Shown: positions 25,001-37,474, counted from the first letter of the stretch. The stretch: DNA of 64,000 nucleotides from Tubiluchus corallicola (GCA_030141605.1 JAQGDQ010000151.1:62001-126000), one strand, 5' to 3'. Numbers and translations: made by a program. The notes: generated from the sequence alone by a model not told the origin.

Positions 25001-26477
25001 TAATCTCGGCAAGGATCACACTGAACAATGTATAGTCAATACCTTAACAAGGTTAGGTCACACTGAACAATGTATAATCAACACTCATAATCGATGCAAG
25101 GATCACACTGAACAATGCATAGTCGACACTCATAATCTCGGCAAGGATCACACTGAACAATGTATAGTCAATACCTATAACAAGGTAAGGATCACACTGA
25201 ACAATGTATAATCAACACTCATAAGCGATGCAAGGATCACACTGAACAATGTATAGTCGACACTCATAATCTCGGCAAGGATCACACTGAACAATGTATA
25301 GTCAATACCTATCAAGGTAAGGATCACACTGAACAATGCATAATCAACACTCATAAGCGATGCAAGGATTACATTGAACAATGCATAGTCGACACTCATA
25401 ATCTCGGCAAGGATCACATCGAACAATGTATAGTCAATACCTATAAACAAAGTTAGGGTCACACTGAACAATGTATAGTCAACACTCGTCATCAATGCAA
25501 GGATCACACTGAACAATGTATAGTCGACACTCATAATCTCGGCAAGGATCACACTGAACAATGTATAGTCAATACCTATAAACAAGGTTAGGGTCACACT
25601 GAACAATGTATAATCAACATTCATAAGCGATGCAAGGATCACACTGAACAATGTATAGTCAACACTCATAATCTCGGCAAAGATCACACTGAACAATGAA
25701 TAGTCAATACCTGTAAACAAGGTAAGGATCACACTGAACAATGTATAGTCAACACTCGTCATCAATGCAAGGATCACACTGAACAATGTATAATCAACAC
25801 TCATAAGCGATGCAAGGGTCACACTGAACAATGTATAGTCGATACTCATAATCTCGGCAAGGATCACGCTGAACAATGAATAGTCAATACCCAAAATCGA
25901 GGTAAAGATCACATTGAACAATGTATAGACCTGTAATCAAGGTAAGGACCCACTGAACAATGTATAGTCAACACTCGCCATCAATGCAAGGATCACACTG
26001 AACAAAGTATAGTCAACATTCGTCATCAATTCAAAGATCACACTAAACAAGAATAGTGATAAAAATTGGTTTGGATAAAGATGGTCATGGGGTGGGTTTT
26101 ACGTATTATATTTTTAGTTTTTTGAGAAGTGATTATGTTTAAATTTTTGCAGGATTGTCATTAATAATTATAAAATAGTTTGTGTAACTTTAAATTTAAT
26201 AGTTATTCTATATTTATACATTATTAATAAGATTATCAGGATTATTAATAATTATATATTATTAGCAAAATAAATTTTTCATAAGTTATTAGTGAAGATT
26301 CTTTGAATTTTTTGGAGATTTCTTTGAATTTTTTGAAATTTTTTGATTTTTTTGATTTTTTGAAAGTGTAAAGATAGAAACAGTAGATGGCTTTAGGTTA
26401 TAGCATGTTAGTTGAATAATAAATTGAGTAAGTCAAACAGCCGGATTCGACAGGGATGTACACCGTAATATATGTTT
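22003..26477. repeat. Tandem unit copy 1 (4475 bp)
   Basis: Repeated head-to-tail at 26478-29698. The identical ORFs at 24211 and 28686 confirm the 4475 offset. Confidence 0.95.
24245..26057. repeat. 45-bp minisatellite, about 40 units, with a 135-bp higher-order trimer
   Basis: Core CAAGGATCACACTGAACAATGTATAGTC plus recurring variable tails (AATACCTATAAACAAGG, AACACTCATAAGCGATG, GACACTCATAATCTCGG, AACACTCGTCATCAATG). Confidence 0.95.
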
Positions 26478-29400
26478 ATGAAAACCAATGTAAAATTGGT
26501 CCTTGAAATGCGATAACGAAAGTCGTTATGCTTGGTGTGAGCATATGTCTATAGGCTGTATTGAAGTTTATCGCACAGCAGCGGCCGACCAACTAGTGGC
26601 ACATGGCAATTGTTAGTATATGCAGATTGTACTAGAGAGAAGAAGAATTATATAAGATTGTGAAAAAAGATGAATAGTAAGGTAGGTCAGTGAGAACAGG
26701 ACAGCATTAAAAAAATAGTTTGGATAAAGAGGGTCATGGGAGCAGGTTCACATATCATAGCTTTAGTTTTTTGAGAGGTGATTTTATTTCATTTTTGTAA
26801 GAGTGTAATTAGTAATTATAAATGGTTGTGTTAATGGAGAAGATTTTTTATATATACTTATATTTATAATATTTTGTAAGTTATGAAGGAGTCAGGATAC
26901 AAAAACACGAATACAAATACAGGTTTTTGGAGTCATCAGGAGGAGACTTGAGAGACGAATTTCGGCTGCTAACTCCTCAATTCTTAATCTCTACAAGCGC
27001 AGCCAATCGTGGTCCGCTAAGCAGTGCTCTGCGAAACTTCACGATTCTCCTCTTTACATAGAAATCAACAAATATATACACACGAACATATAACACAAGG
27101 ATTTTTTAAACAATTTTTTGTTAAGTTTATAAGTAGTTGTGTTGTTTTTAAGTTGAGTGTTATTTAGATTAAATTTATTTAGATGCTTAAATTTACATAT
27201 TGTAAAAAGGGGAGCTTATATTTAGTAAAAATTTTTAAAAAATTTTTTTAGTTGTTTAAATTTAAACTGATGTAAATAGGAGGGTTCTTATTCAGTAAAT
27301 TTTTAATTCTTGAAATCCCAAGTGCAGACAACTAAGTGTTGCTAAAACTAGTTCTGCAACACCTAGTTCTCCTGTTTTATGTAATTACAAATAAGTATAT
27401 ACTAACATATAACATAAGGGTTTCTTAAAAGAATTTATTATGTTTGAAAGCAGTTATGCTGTTTTAGGTTGAATGTTATTCAGATTAATTTAGTTAGATG
27501 TTTAAACCTAATTATTGTGAATAGGAGGGTTTTATTTAGTAGATTTTCAGAATTTTTTAGTTTTTTAGAGTTATTTTTAGAAAACCATGGTTTTTCGTTA
27601 CTTTAATAGATATAACTAATTATAATTATTGATTTTATATTGATTTATATAAGGTTTTTGACTGGATTTTCTGATGAATCGAGAAGCAATTATAATTTAA
27701 ATGTAACTCAGAGGGCAGTGGAAAGATGCTAGAGTAGATTATAATTTGTTTTAGAGCAGAAATTTGTTAATTATATAGTGGAGTTGTTCTAAGACATTTC
27801 GAACAAAATATTTTTTACTAAAATTACAATTTAACTGTAATATTTGTAATACAGGGGTTAGCTGAAAATATAATCATATACATGCACCAGATTTTCAAGA
27901 CTGTCAGTATCCGCCATTTTTATGTTAAAGATCTTTTAATTATAGAGTAGAGTTTGTTCTAAGTATTTTCACAGAAATTTTTACCAAAATCACAAATAGC
28001 TGTAATATATAGTTGAAGGTTTGTATTGAGTATATTTAAAAACAGTACGGGAGGTTAGTTATAATTAAAATTACTTACAAGTATTGGATCTTCAGACAGT
28101 GTCACAGTCGCCATGTTTTCTTTGTTTGAAAATCCCTCCAGATCTAGGGGACCTGTTAGGGAGGTTTGAGTTTAATCAAGTCTTTTAGGAGGCTTGTCAG
28201 GGGATCCGAGCTAAAAAGTGTTCATATATATTTGTATTTTATTACATTACTTTAATAACAATAACAACTTTAAATTTAAAATGTCTATATACAGAATCTT
28301 TTTTATTTGATGTTGGTTGTTAATAATTATAAAGAATTTATGTTAATTTTAATAACTATTCTATATTTATACATTATTAATAGGATTATTAGGATTATTG
28401 ATATTTATGCATTATTAGTAAAGATTTATTCATAACTTATGAAAGAGAAGTCTCTTTTTATTATTTGATGTTGGTTATTAAAAATTATAAAATAATTTAT
28501 GTTAATTTTTTAATTTTAATAAATATTTTATATTTCCATATTATTAATAAGAATATCAGGATTATTAATACTCATACATTATTAGTGAAAAAGGTTTTTC
28601 ATGAGTTATCAGGGAAATTTTTTTTGAAATTTTTGATATTTTGAAAGCATAAAGATGGAATGAGTAGATGGCTGCAGTTTAGAGTATGTTAGTTGAAGAA
28701 AATAGAGTTAGTCGGCAGAGCAAAGACCATACTGAACATTGTATAGTCAGTACTCATACACCATGCAAGGATCACACTGAACAAAGTATAGATAACACTT
28801 GTCAACAATGCAAGGATCACACCGAACAATGTATAATCAACATTCATAAACAATGCAAGGATCACACTGAGCAATGTATAGTCGACATTTATAATCTAGG
28901 CATAGATCACACTGACAATGTATAGTCAATACCTGTAAACAAGGTAAGGATCACACTGAACAATGTATAGTCAACACTCGTCATCAATGCAAGGATCACA
29001 CTGAACAATGTATAATCAACACTCATAAGCGATGCAAGGGTCACACTGAACAATGTATAGTCGATACTCATAATCTCGGCAAGGATCACGCTGAACAATG
29101 AATAGTCAATACCCAAAATCGAGGTAAAGATCACATTGAACAATGTATAGACCTGTAATCAAGGTAAGGACCCACTGAACAATGTATAGTCAACACTCGC
29201 CATCAATGCAAGGATCACACTGAACAAAGTATAGTCAACATTCGTCATCAATTCAAAGATCACACTAAACAAGAATAGTGATAAAAATTGGTTTGGATAA
29301 AGATGGTCATGGGGTGGGTTTTACGTATTATATTTTTAGTTTTTTGAGAAGTGATTATGTTTAAATTTTTGCAGGATTGTCATTAATAATTATAAAATAG

Positions 29401-29698
29401 TTTGTGTAACTTTAAATTTAATAGTTATTCTATATTTATACATTATTAATAAGATTATCAGGATTATTAATAATTATATATTATTAGCAAAATAAATTTT
29501 TCATAAGTTATTAGTGAAGATTCTTTGAATTTTTTGGAGATTTCTTTGAATTTTTTGAAATTTTTTGATTTTTTGATTTTTTGAAAGTGTAAAGATAGAA
29601 ACAGTAGATGGCTTTAGGTTATAGCATGTTAGTTGAATAATAAATTGAGTAAGTCAAACAGCCGGATTCGACAGGGATGTACACCGTAATATATGTTT
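26478..29698. repeat. Tandem unit copy 2 (3221 bp), followed by 48 bp of a third copy (29699-29746)
   Basis: Near-identical to copy 1 except that 1254 bp are missing from the minisatellite. Confidence 0.95.
28720..29278. repeat. 45-bp minisatellite, about 12 units (short version)
   Basis: Same first and last units as the array at 24245-26057; the middle is absent. Confidence 0.93.
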
Positions 29699-29766
29699 AT
29701 GAAAACCAATGTAAAATTGGTCCTTGAAATGCGATAACGAAAGTCGCATAACGAAAATAACGAATA

Positions 29767-30085
29767 ATGTAATTCGCTATTGTTACCGGATCCTTAACTA
29801 TGTAACTGCCTAAATGCAAGTGATGTTATAGAAGTGTAAGCAGGGCTTTTATTTTGTATCAGAAAGCGATAGATTTGCGTTCATTATTCTTGGAAAGTAT
29901 GGAAGAAAAGACAGCAACCAATAAATACTAGTACTGTATAAACCCTACACCGTTTCATACCTGAAGAAATTCCATTTAGAACATTCAGTGAACAAATTTA
30001 GCTTATCCTCAAATACGTAAGCTCTGGAAAGTGTATAAAATTACTGATTAAATGATCTTTATCTATGTTGTGTTAGATAATGTTC
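29767..30085. repeat. 319-bp direct repeat, right copy
   Basis: Identical by eye to 21684-22002. Confidence 0.93.
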
Positions 30086-30122
30086 TATAGAAGTCATGGT
30101 ATTAAAGATTTCTGTAATTTAG

Positions 30123-30277
30123 AAATGGATACTAATTGATGGGAGACCTATAGTGGCTGCAATACTCAGAGGTCCATACAGGATAGTAACATGGGAGAAA
30201 GAGTTCACCATGGATGCATCACCTTCTTATGATCCTGATGTTAAACTTTCTGCTCGAGAAACAAACCAAAGTTTGCT
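30123..30277 (+). CDS. Exon of a REJ-domain (PKD1/polycystin-1-like) gene
   Basis: tttag|...|gtaagt boundaries; encodes KWILIDGRPIVAAILRGPYRIVTWEKEFTMDASPSYDPDVKLSARETNQSL (REJ DAS.SYDPD motif); ends in phase 2. Confidence 0.88.
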
Positions 30278-31264
30278 GTAAGTGTTTGGATGCAGATTTA
30301 ATGTAAATGACAAATATAAAATAAGTTTCCTTAGCTAATAAAATGATTGAACACTAGTTATCCAACCTGACGTTTTGGAAATGGTGCTTCCATAATCATA
30401 TGAAAATTATACATAAAAATAATAAATTATAATAAATAATAACAGCACCTACAGCTAAATTTATGGTAAAACACCACCTATGCCTTTTGGACAAATGTTA
30501 ACCCACATACTCAGGAGACAGTTAAAGATTCAGTAATTGTAACTGGACTTGCCTCTACGAGGTAGCAAATGCTTGTGGTTGTACTCGTAAGAACTGTAAT
30601 ATAATAAATTCAAGTATTACAAGTGCATAAAATTTCTATAAGTAGTTTAGTAGACTCAATCTCTTAATTGACTCAAAACGGGCCGCTTCTAGTCAAATAT
30701 ACATAAAAACTATCGGTAATTGACTCAAATAACTCCGCATAATTGACTCAATATTTTTCTTTCGCTTACTTAAAATAAGACATTTGTATGTGCCAAGAGA
30801 GCCTTTCCTGCTTTTTTATCATTTTTGCTTTCCTTTTGTGCACAATGTATGCAGAAACAATCCTGTTTTATAAGCAGGTATGTTTATCATTGACTAATAT
30901 GCTAGCCTAGCAGTTTAGCTTTTGTGAATATGTGAATTTTGTACCATCTTAGTTCCCTTTTGTCCCATAATATACGTAGAAACAATCATGTACTATTTTG
31001 TTTGTAAGCAGGAACGCTTATCATATGCTAGCTGTAATGGATTTCTTTCACTGGTCTTTCCACTCAGTTGCTTAACTGTTTGCCTTTGAAGCTCTGGCTG
31101 TCTTTACCAGAAAGTTTATTCAGTTAGTTGTTGCTGTTATTTTAGAAACAAGTACAGGCACAGTATAGTACTTCATGATAGCGAAAACGAAACTACAGAA
31201 GTAGGGACCCAAACTCTCATTTTTTTAAATCTTTCACCGCTTTCAAATAATGAGATGATCCAAG

Positions 31265-31420
31265 GGCGGCTCCATTCCTAACCCTAGCTCTAAACTTTCA
31301 AACAATGATGTGATCAAAGGGCGCTGCAAACCCTATCTTTAACCCTTCAAATAATGGAACTGTTGAAACCCCCTGCAAATAATTCCAACCATAACCATAG
31401 CTGTTAACCCTAACTAAATT
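31265..31420. repeat. Degenerate CCCTAA/CCCTAG-rich repeat
   Basis: CCTAACCCTAGCTCTAA...AACCATAACCATAGCTGTTAACCCTAAC; similar to 57386-57545. Confidence 0.55.
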
Positions 31421-32959
31421 AATGTTAGTTTTCCATTAGTGAGATTCGAACTGCCAATCGTTTGCGTGTGAGTCAGTCACTGAGTCTCGAGTCTGTCATG
31501 AGTCTGTCTTCATCGAGTACTTTGCGCACCTCGTATTGAAGGTCACTCGAGAAAATTTCCACATCTGTCTGGAAGACAATCTCTTTCCTCTGTAATAGGA
31601 ATTTAGTATGTTCACCTGTGCAAAAGCAGTTCACGTTCACTTTAAAAGCATTTGTCAAGCAAAAGAGAAAATCCCTGCAATATTCTCATCCAAACTTCCA
31701 TATATCCCTCCATTAAAGTGAACTAGAATCGTTTTCTTGGCTGTGATGATTTCTGCATATTCGAGTACGTTCGTGTTGAATTCTGCTCCCTGCATTTTCC
31801 TCTCCTCGTCGCACTCCAGGTTTTCCTCCTTTCTGGAAAGACATATCAGAAAATATTAATAATAATACTATTAAGATTAGATATGCATGCATTGGGTAAA
31901 TTTTAACGAAAGCGCTGCGTAAAATTAAAATGATGTTTGTTTGTTCTCACCTCGCAATCATTTTCCACCTCACACCGAACCTTAGCCACCAAGCTTCTGC
32001 TTTTGTATACGGTGACTATGTTTCTTGCCATTTTCCCCTTTCTCTGCTTCAATCATTGTTCTGTCAGAGCGAGCTAGCAAGCAAGTGAGAAAGATTTTAG
32101 CGTGCTATCATGTTATGATAGAAATTCGTGCTGGTGCATGTTTCCAATTTTCTTGTTCCCACTCAATCGCAATTGCGGAAATGTTTTCTTCTCACCACCT
32201 CCAATCACATTCGTGAGAAACCTACTTTTTGCTAAAGAGAAAGGCTTCTTTTTCACGCTCGGATACGGTATGCTCGCATTAATAAGCAAACGTGTATTGT
32301 GATCTGATTTAAGAAGATATAACAAGATAACAAGCAAAGTACTATTCTAGTTTGAGGAAATCTATTTTTCATCACTCGAATAGGTAAGTACACTTTTGTT
32401 ATCCTAAAGCAGGTTGTTCGTAAATTTGTTTCTCTTTTGCGAATTTGTTTACTCCAGTTTTGTGTGCAAAGTTTTGTTATATTATCGAAGGAAATGTATT
32501 ACGAGTCTTAACGTGTATTTGTGTTCTTCTACACAAGCGAAAGAAAAAAATGGATTTGATTAAGAAGTTTCGTGTTGCTAGAAACGCGTGATGCAGGTTA
32601 GTTTCTCGTTTCTCGTTCAGTTTAGCTTAAACTTTAATTATTTGTAGTTGATTTGCAAAACAGACTGCATCTGGTACAGCTCCACGGTGCAATTGCCAAG
32701 TGCAAACTGTTAATAATTGAAAAATGGGCATCACAACTAATAATTATTGCACTCGATTGATTAAAACATTCAACTACTATCGGCAAATACAAATATTTTT
32801 TTACATGCACTAAATATTAATTTAATACACTTTTATGGAGCATATATTAAGACCTCTTCTCTTTTTTTCTAAAGAGCGATGATGATGGGAGGTCGGCATG
32901 TGATTACAGCAGACCAATGCCACTAACAACATCGGCAACGGAGCCCTCATCGAACATCG

Positions 32960-35830
32960 CCATGCCAACAATTTTAATGGGAATAGGATAGAATTTCTGG
33001 CTAGTCGAATCCCCGCAGCAAAAATGTTCGAAAAAATAACCCCGAATATTGTTTAAATATTTTAATGTATTCTGCCAAAGATGCGAAAAACGAGAGAATT
33101 AGATGTCCATACAATACTCCATTTAGGGTAGCCACTGCTGGTGGCCAATTCATTAACATTCATCCTGCTGTTTACCCTCTATGCTCGTCAGAGGCATATT
33201 ATACCCAATATCATTATTTACCTATCACGAACCTAGACCGTCTCCTGAACAACTCCGCTACCAAAAACTGGCAGTATGGCGAAGGGCGATTGCAACCATT
33301 CTATAACCACGGTATCACCCTGTACGAACATAGAAAAGAATGCGATAGCACTGATGGACATGTGCAAGAATTGCCTCCTCCAGATATGGCCAGCTACATT
33401 GCCTACTGCGACTTCGAAGCCATTCTCGTTCCTAATGATGATCCGCTCTTGAAAACTAAACACCAATCTTTTGCAGCTGGCCTCTCATGCCTAACGAAAA
33501 TATGACGGCTGATCCACTTCCCTGTGAATATAGAAAATTATTTGGTGAAAATTGCACTCGTCAATTAATTCTCTACATTTATGGCTTGGTGCAACAGGTC
33601 CATTAATGTGGAACTTAGCAAATGCCAACCAGAGCCTGGTCATGTCTCATCGCGATGAGGCGAACTTTCAGGCGACTAGCGAATGTGGCTATTCTAAAAA
33701 ACTCCTTTTGGTCGACGATAAAGTACGTGACCATTGTCATTTGACCGGTAAATTTAGATGTGCGGCTTGTATTTCTTGTAATGCAAAAATGCGTGCCTGA
33801 AACAATGTTTTACACGTTGTGATCCACAACCTTCACTCCTACGATTGTCATTTTATAATGCAACACGGCATTATCGAAAATTCAAAAATTAGCGTGATTG
33901 CTCAAAGTTCCAAAATGTATCTAACATTGAGATGGTCATTCGATGCTCACATACAAACTCTTGAGCTAATGGAGAAACAGGTGATAACTGTGGCTTTCGT
34001 AGATTCGTTGCAACACCTTGACTACTCTCGCAGCAAATTTAGACATTCGAAAATCAATATCCCGTTCTTTCTGAGGACACCGTCAGATCTAAGGGGGTGA
34101 TGTGTTATGAATACATAAATCATGGAGGAGAACTGTCTCCCTGCAAAGGAGCATTTTTTAACACCTTGACGGGAGAAGGGATCACACAAGCAGATTACGA
34201 ATTAGCCCACACCACCTGATGTGAGTTCGAGTGTTGTAATCTGCTTGAGTATTACTTCCGATACATGGAGTTGGATTGTAGATTTTTGGCCGACGTGTTT
34301 TCGGACTACTGCAAAATGTGCGCACGACATTTCAGTCTAGGTCTGATCCACTATGTTACTCTACCGGCACTGGGATGCCACATTCAAAACACGCGGCATT
34401 CAAGTGGATGTCATTTCGGATCTGACCATGTTTTATAACTTCCGAAATAATATTAGAGGTGGGAGTGTGTTTGTAAATGTCCACGAAGTGTTGGCTAACT
34501 GTCCTGAACTGGACCACTCCTATGATCCCAAAAAACCACTGTTACCTATTCCCCATCGATATGAATCTGTATGGACAAGCCCTATTCCAACCGCTTCCCT
34601 GTGGCGATTTCAGACAGGTGGCTGACCCTGGTAGCTTCGATCTGCCCTCCGTGGACGAGGATGCAGATGTTGGATATTTCGTGATCTGCGATCTAGAATA
34701 TCCTCTGATTTCCCGTTGGCACGGATGACACCTCAGACCTCGTTATTTTCGGTGTTCATGGAACGGCAATGGCAGCGCATATGCGAATTGCGAAATTCGC
34801 ACACGCCCATTTTTAGAAATAGTGAGGAATTGTTGCTCGCTCGTGCAATTTTCGAAAAATAACTATGGCGTGCACATTTCTCCGCTGAAGTTATCTAGAG
34901 ATGGGCATAAAATTCATTCGGTGGTCTCATTTCGGCAGGTGCCAATTTTTCGTGCTTTTATTTCCGCCAACAGCTTGAAGCGAAAAATGCTTTCGAAAAA
35001 GATTTCTTCAAGCTGTTTAATAATAGCCTATACGGGAAAACCCTCGAGATTGTTCGTGAGCGTTGTCAGTTAAAATTGGCAACGAACAGCGATCTCTGTG
35101 AGCAATTAATCAGGTGCCCGGATCATAAAGAGTTTGCCATCTTTAACGAGTGCCTGAGTGCTCACAGGATGCGTAAGACGAACGTTTTCCTGGATAGACC
35201 AATTTACATAGGTCAAGCCGTGCTCGAACTATCTAAATTGGTCATGAATCGCTTGCGATATAAAACTATTAGCCCCGTCGAAATGAGCAGACTGGCTTCC
35301 GCAGTGTAGTTGAGTGTTGTGGTGAAGAACCTGATCACTGAACCTGAACACAATAATACTCTAATACCTCATTTCCTGACGAAAGCAGACGTGATCAACA
35401 CCTCAAACTATCCGTTGGCTCACCCCTTCTTTCGTCAGGAGGTCTTGGCGCACACTTGGGTTGTTTTAAGGATGAATCGCAGGGCTCGCTGCATCATCAG
35501 TGGGTCTTACTAAAACCAAAATTCTATTGCATGATGAGTGATGAACCTCGACAGTGTAAACGACGAGCAAAGGTGTTGACAGACGCGTCCTTAGTCTCGA
35601 ATCAAGTCACCAGGATTTTTTGCATGCATATAGCGAGCAAGTGGAAATGATGCACATGAGTATTAGGCTCACTTCTGTGTGTCACCACCTGTTCACCAGG
35701 TATGTCTTTTTTCGACGACAAGATCCTTGTATTTTTTTCGACGACAAGAGGTGTTGGGTGGAAGAAAATATTTCACTGCCCTTTGGTCACTACACCTTAG
35801 GGCAGGAAAAACCTCAAACGCCCACCCTAC
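32960..35830 (+). pseudogene. Decayed protein-primed family B DNA polymerase of a Maverick/Polinton (adintovirus-like) element, copy 1
   Basis: Ordered motifs: YCDFEAIL, VRDHCHLTGKFRCAACISCN, IHNLHSYDCHFI, FVDSL, KGVMCYEYI, LADVF, NIRGG, DMNLYG, DFFKLFNNSLYGKT, PIYIGQAVLELSK, FKDE, LKPKFY, FDDKR. Many stops and frameshifts. Confidence 0.92.
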
Positions 35831-37474
35831 CTCGTCGTCAACTGTTGTCAACATCGGCAATGATGATGTTGATGATGATTATGATGATGATAGTGATGTT
35901 AAAGGTGAGAACGAAACCGATATCGTCCTCGTCGATGTTGATGACGACAGTAACATATCGTCTGATGACAGTCGTGATGATGACGGCATCACACTCTCGT
36001 CAAATTCCTGCAAACGCATCAAGCTTGCTTAAAACTGTGCTGTCGCTGTTGATGTAAATAGTTTTTCCATTAATTTATTTTACATATTCTTCATATGTAA
36101 ATACTGTACATACGTAAACGAGTGTATGTATATATGTAAATATAATTTTGTTTTCTACTGTTGTAAATATGTAAATATCCTCGATGTTGACGCAGAATAT
36201 ATATAATCTTTCAAAAAAAAAAGATTTGTTTCGAGTTTGGTGTAAAGTATGTTATTTTATTATAAATGATGATTAAAATTATTAAAAGAAACAAACGAGT
36301 ATTTTTAAAAGCAAGTAACAGCAGAATGTAGCACAGAAATTTTATTATTATTATCACTTTAACACTAGCACGTACATAGTGGAAAATCTAGTAAAACGTA
36401 CATAAACACATTCACAAAAGCTGGCGGTTAAAATGCATTACACCATACATTACTAAACAAATAAATATCTATCATTTACACACGTAGATTGTTGGAAAAT
36501 TTTAATCGTAACCGTAGATGCGTTTCATCAAACTTGCTGCTGCTGCTGCTGCATTTCAACAGAGCAGATGTGTGTTAACGTCGTATATGTACAAGCAGGC
36601 TCCATTCCATTAGAGTGACGTGACATTTACTATCATGGTCATTCGTGTAAATGCGAGTTTGACAACAGGAGGCGGCAACGTATGGTGATATTTATAACTG
36701 CCCGCTGTCCTTTAGCACATATTTGCAGTTATGCAATTATCGTCGTATTAATTTTGCTCAAAATGCAGAACGAATTCCTTAACAATTTCGTCAGTTTAAA
36801 TTCTCATTCGAAATATTAGCATGCATCTCACGTATCTAAACATTTAAAAAATTCTCCACGGAATATTTGCATGCATCTTATAGACACGGTATCTAAAACT
36901 ATAAATTCTGCAGAACTTCGCGATTTTCCAACCTAATGTAAACGTCGGATAGACGGTTGGAACATAGATTTCTACTAACAGAATTTCGTTTCGATAGTTG
37001 CTAGGTCAGAACGAGTGCATCCGTATTTATGCACCCGAAAAAACGACATCTAGACAGAGCTCGTACGTGCATGCATAATTTCGCTACCGACGGGTTGAGC
37101 GTCACGTGACTTTTACTACCACAGTCATTCACGTAAATGCGAGATGTCGGCAGCATACAGTAAATATTCTAATATCGTTCTATTTTCCTTAGTACGAATA
37201 CATTTTGTTTAACTAAGTTATTCTAGACTGCCGATATCATTTTGCTTTGCACAAATATTTGTTTTTATAAATATATCAATGAAACTTTTTCAAGAAACGA
37301 TCCATATTTGCAAAAGTAAAGGTTTTATGTACATTTTACTCGAATAAATGATGCAATACATGCAGAAACACATTTGCTAAGAATGGAATGCACGAGGACG
37401 TTCATTGTTTTATACCGAAAAACAGACAAATGCTAGATTAGCTTTGTACATTTTATATGCAAGTGAATGGAATG

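Noticed and set aside
24432-25921. Membrane-protein CDS from the 198-aa and 248-aa minus-strand ORFs
   Set aside because: Open frames are expected from a 45-bp period. Indels break the frame between the two ORFs, and the + frame contains TAG stops.
24245-26057. CRISPR array
   Set aside because: The variable parts are short (under 20 nt), related to each other and recur periodically. There are no cas genes and the context is eukaryotic.
31470-32340. Short ORFs as additional Maverick genes
   Set aside because: No recognisable motif; multiple stops.
35620-36057. Met-rich 145-aa protein
   Set aside because: An alternative-frame reading of the (GAT)n acidic tail of the pPolB pseudogene.
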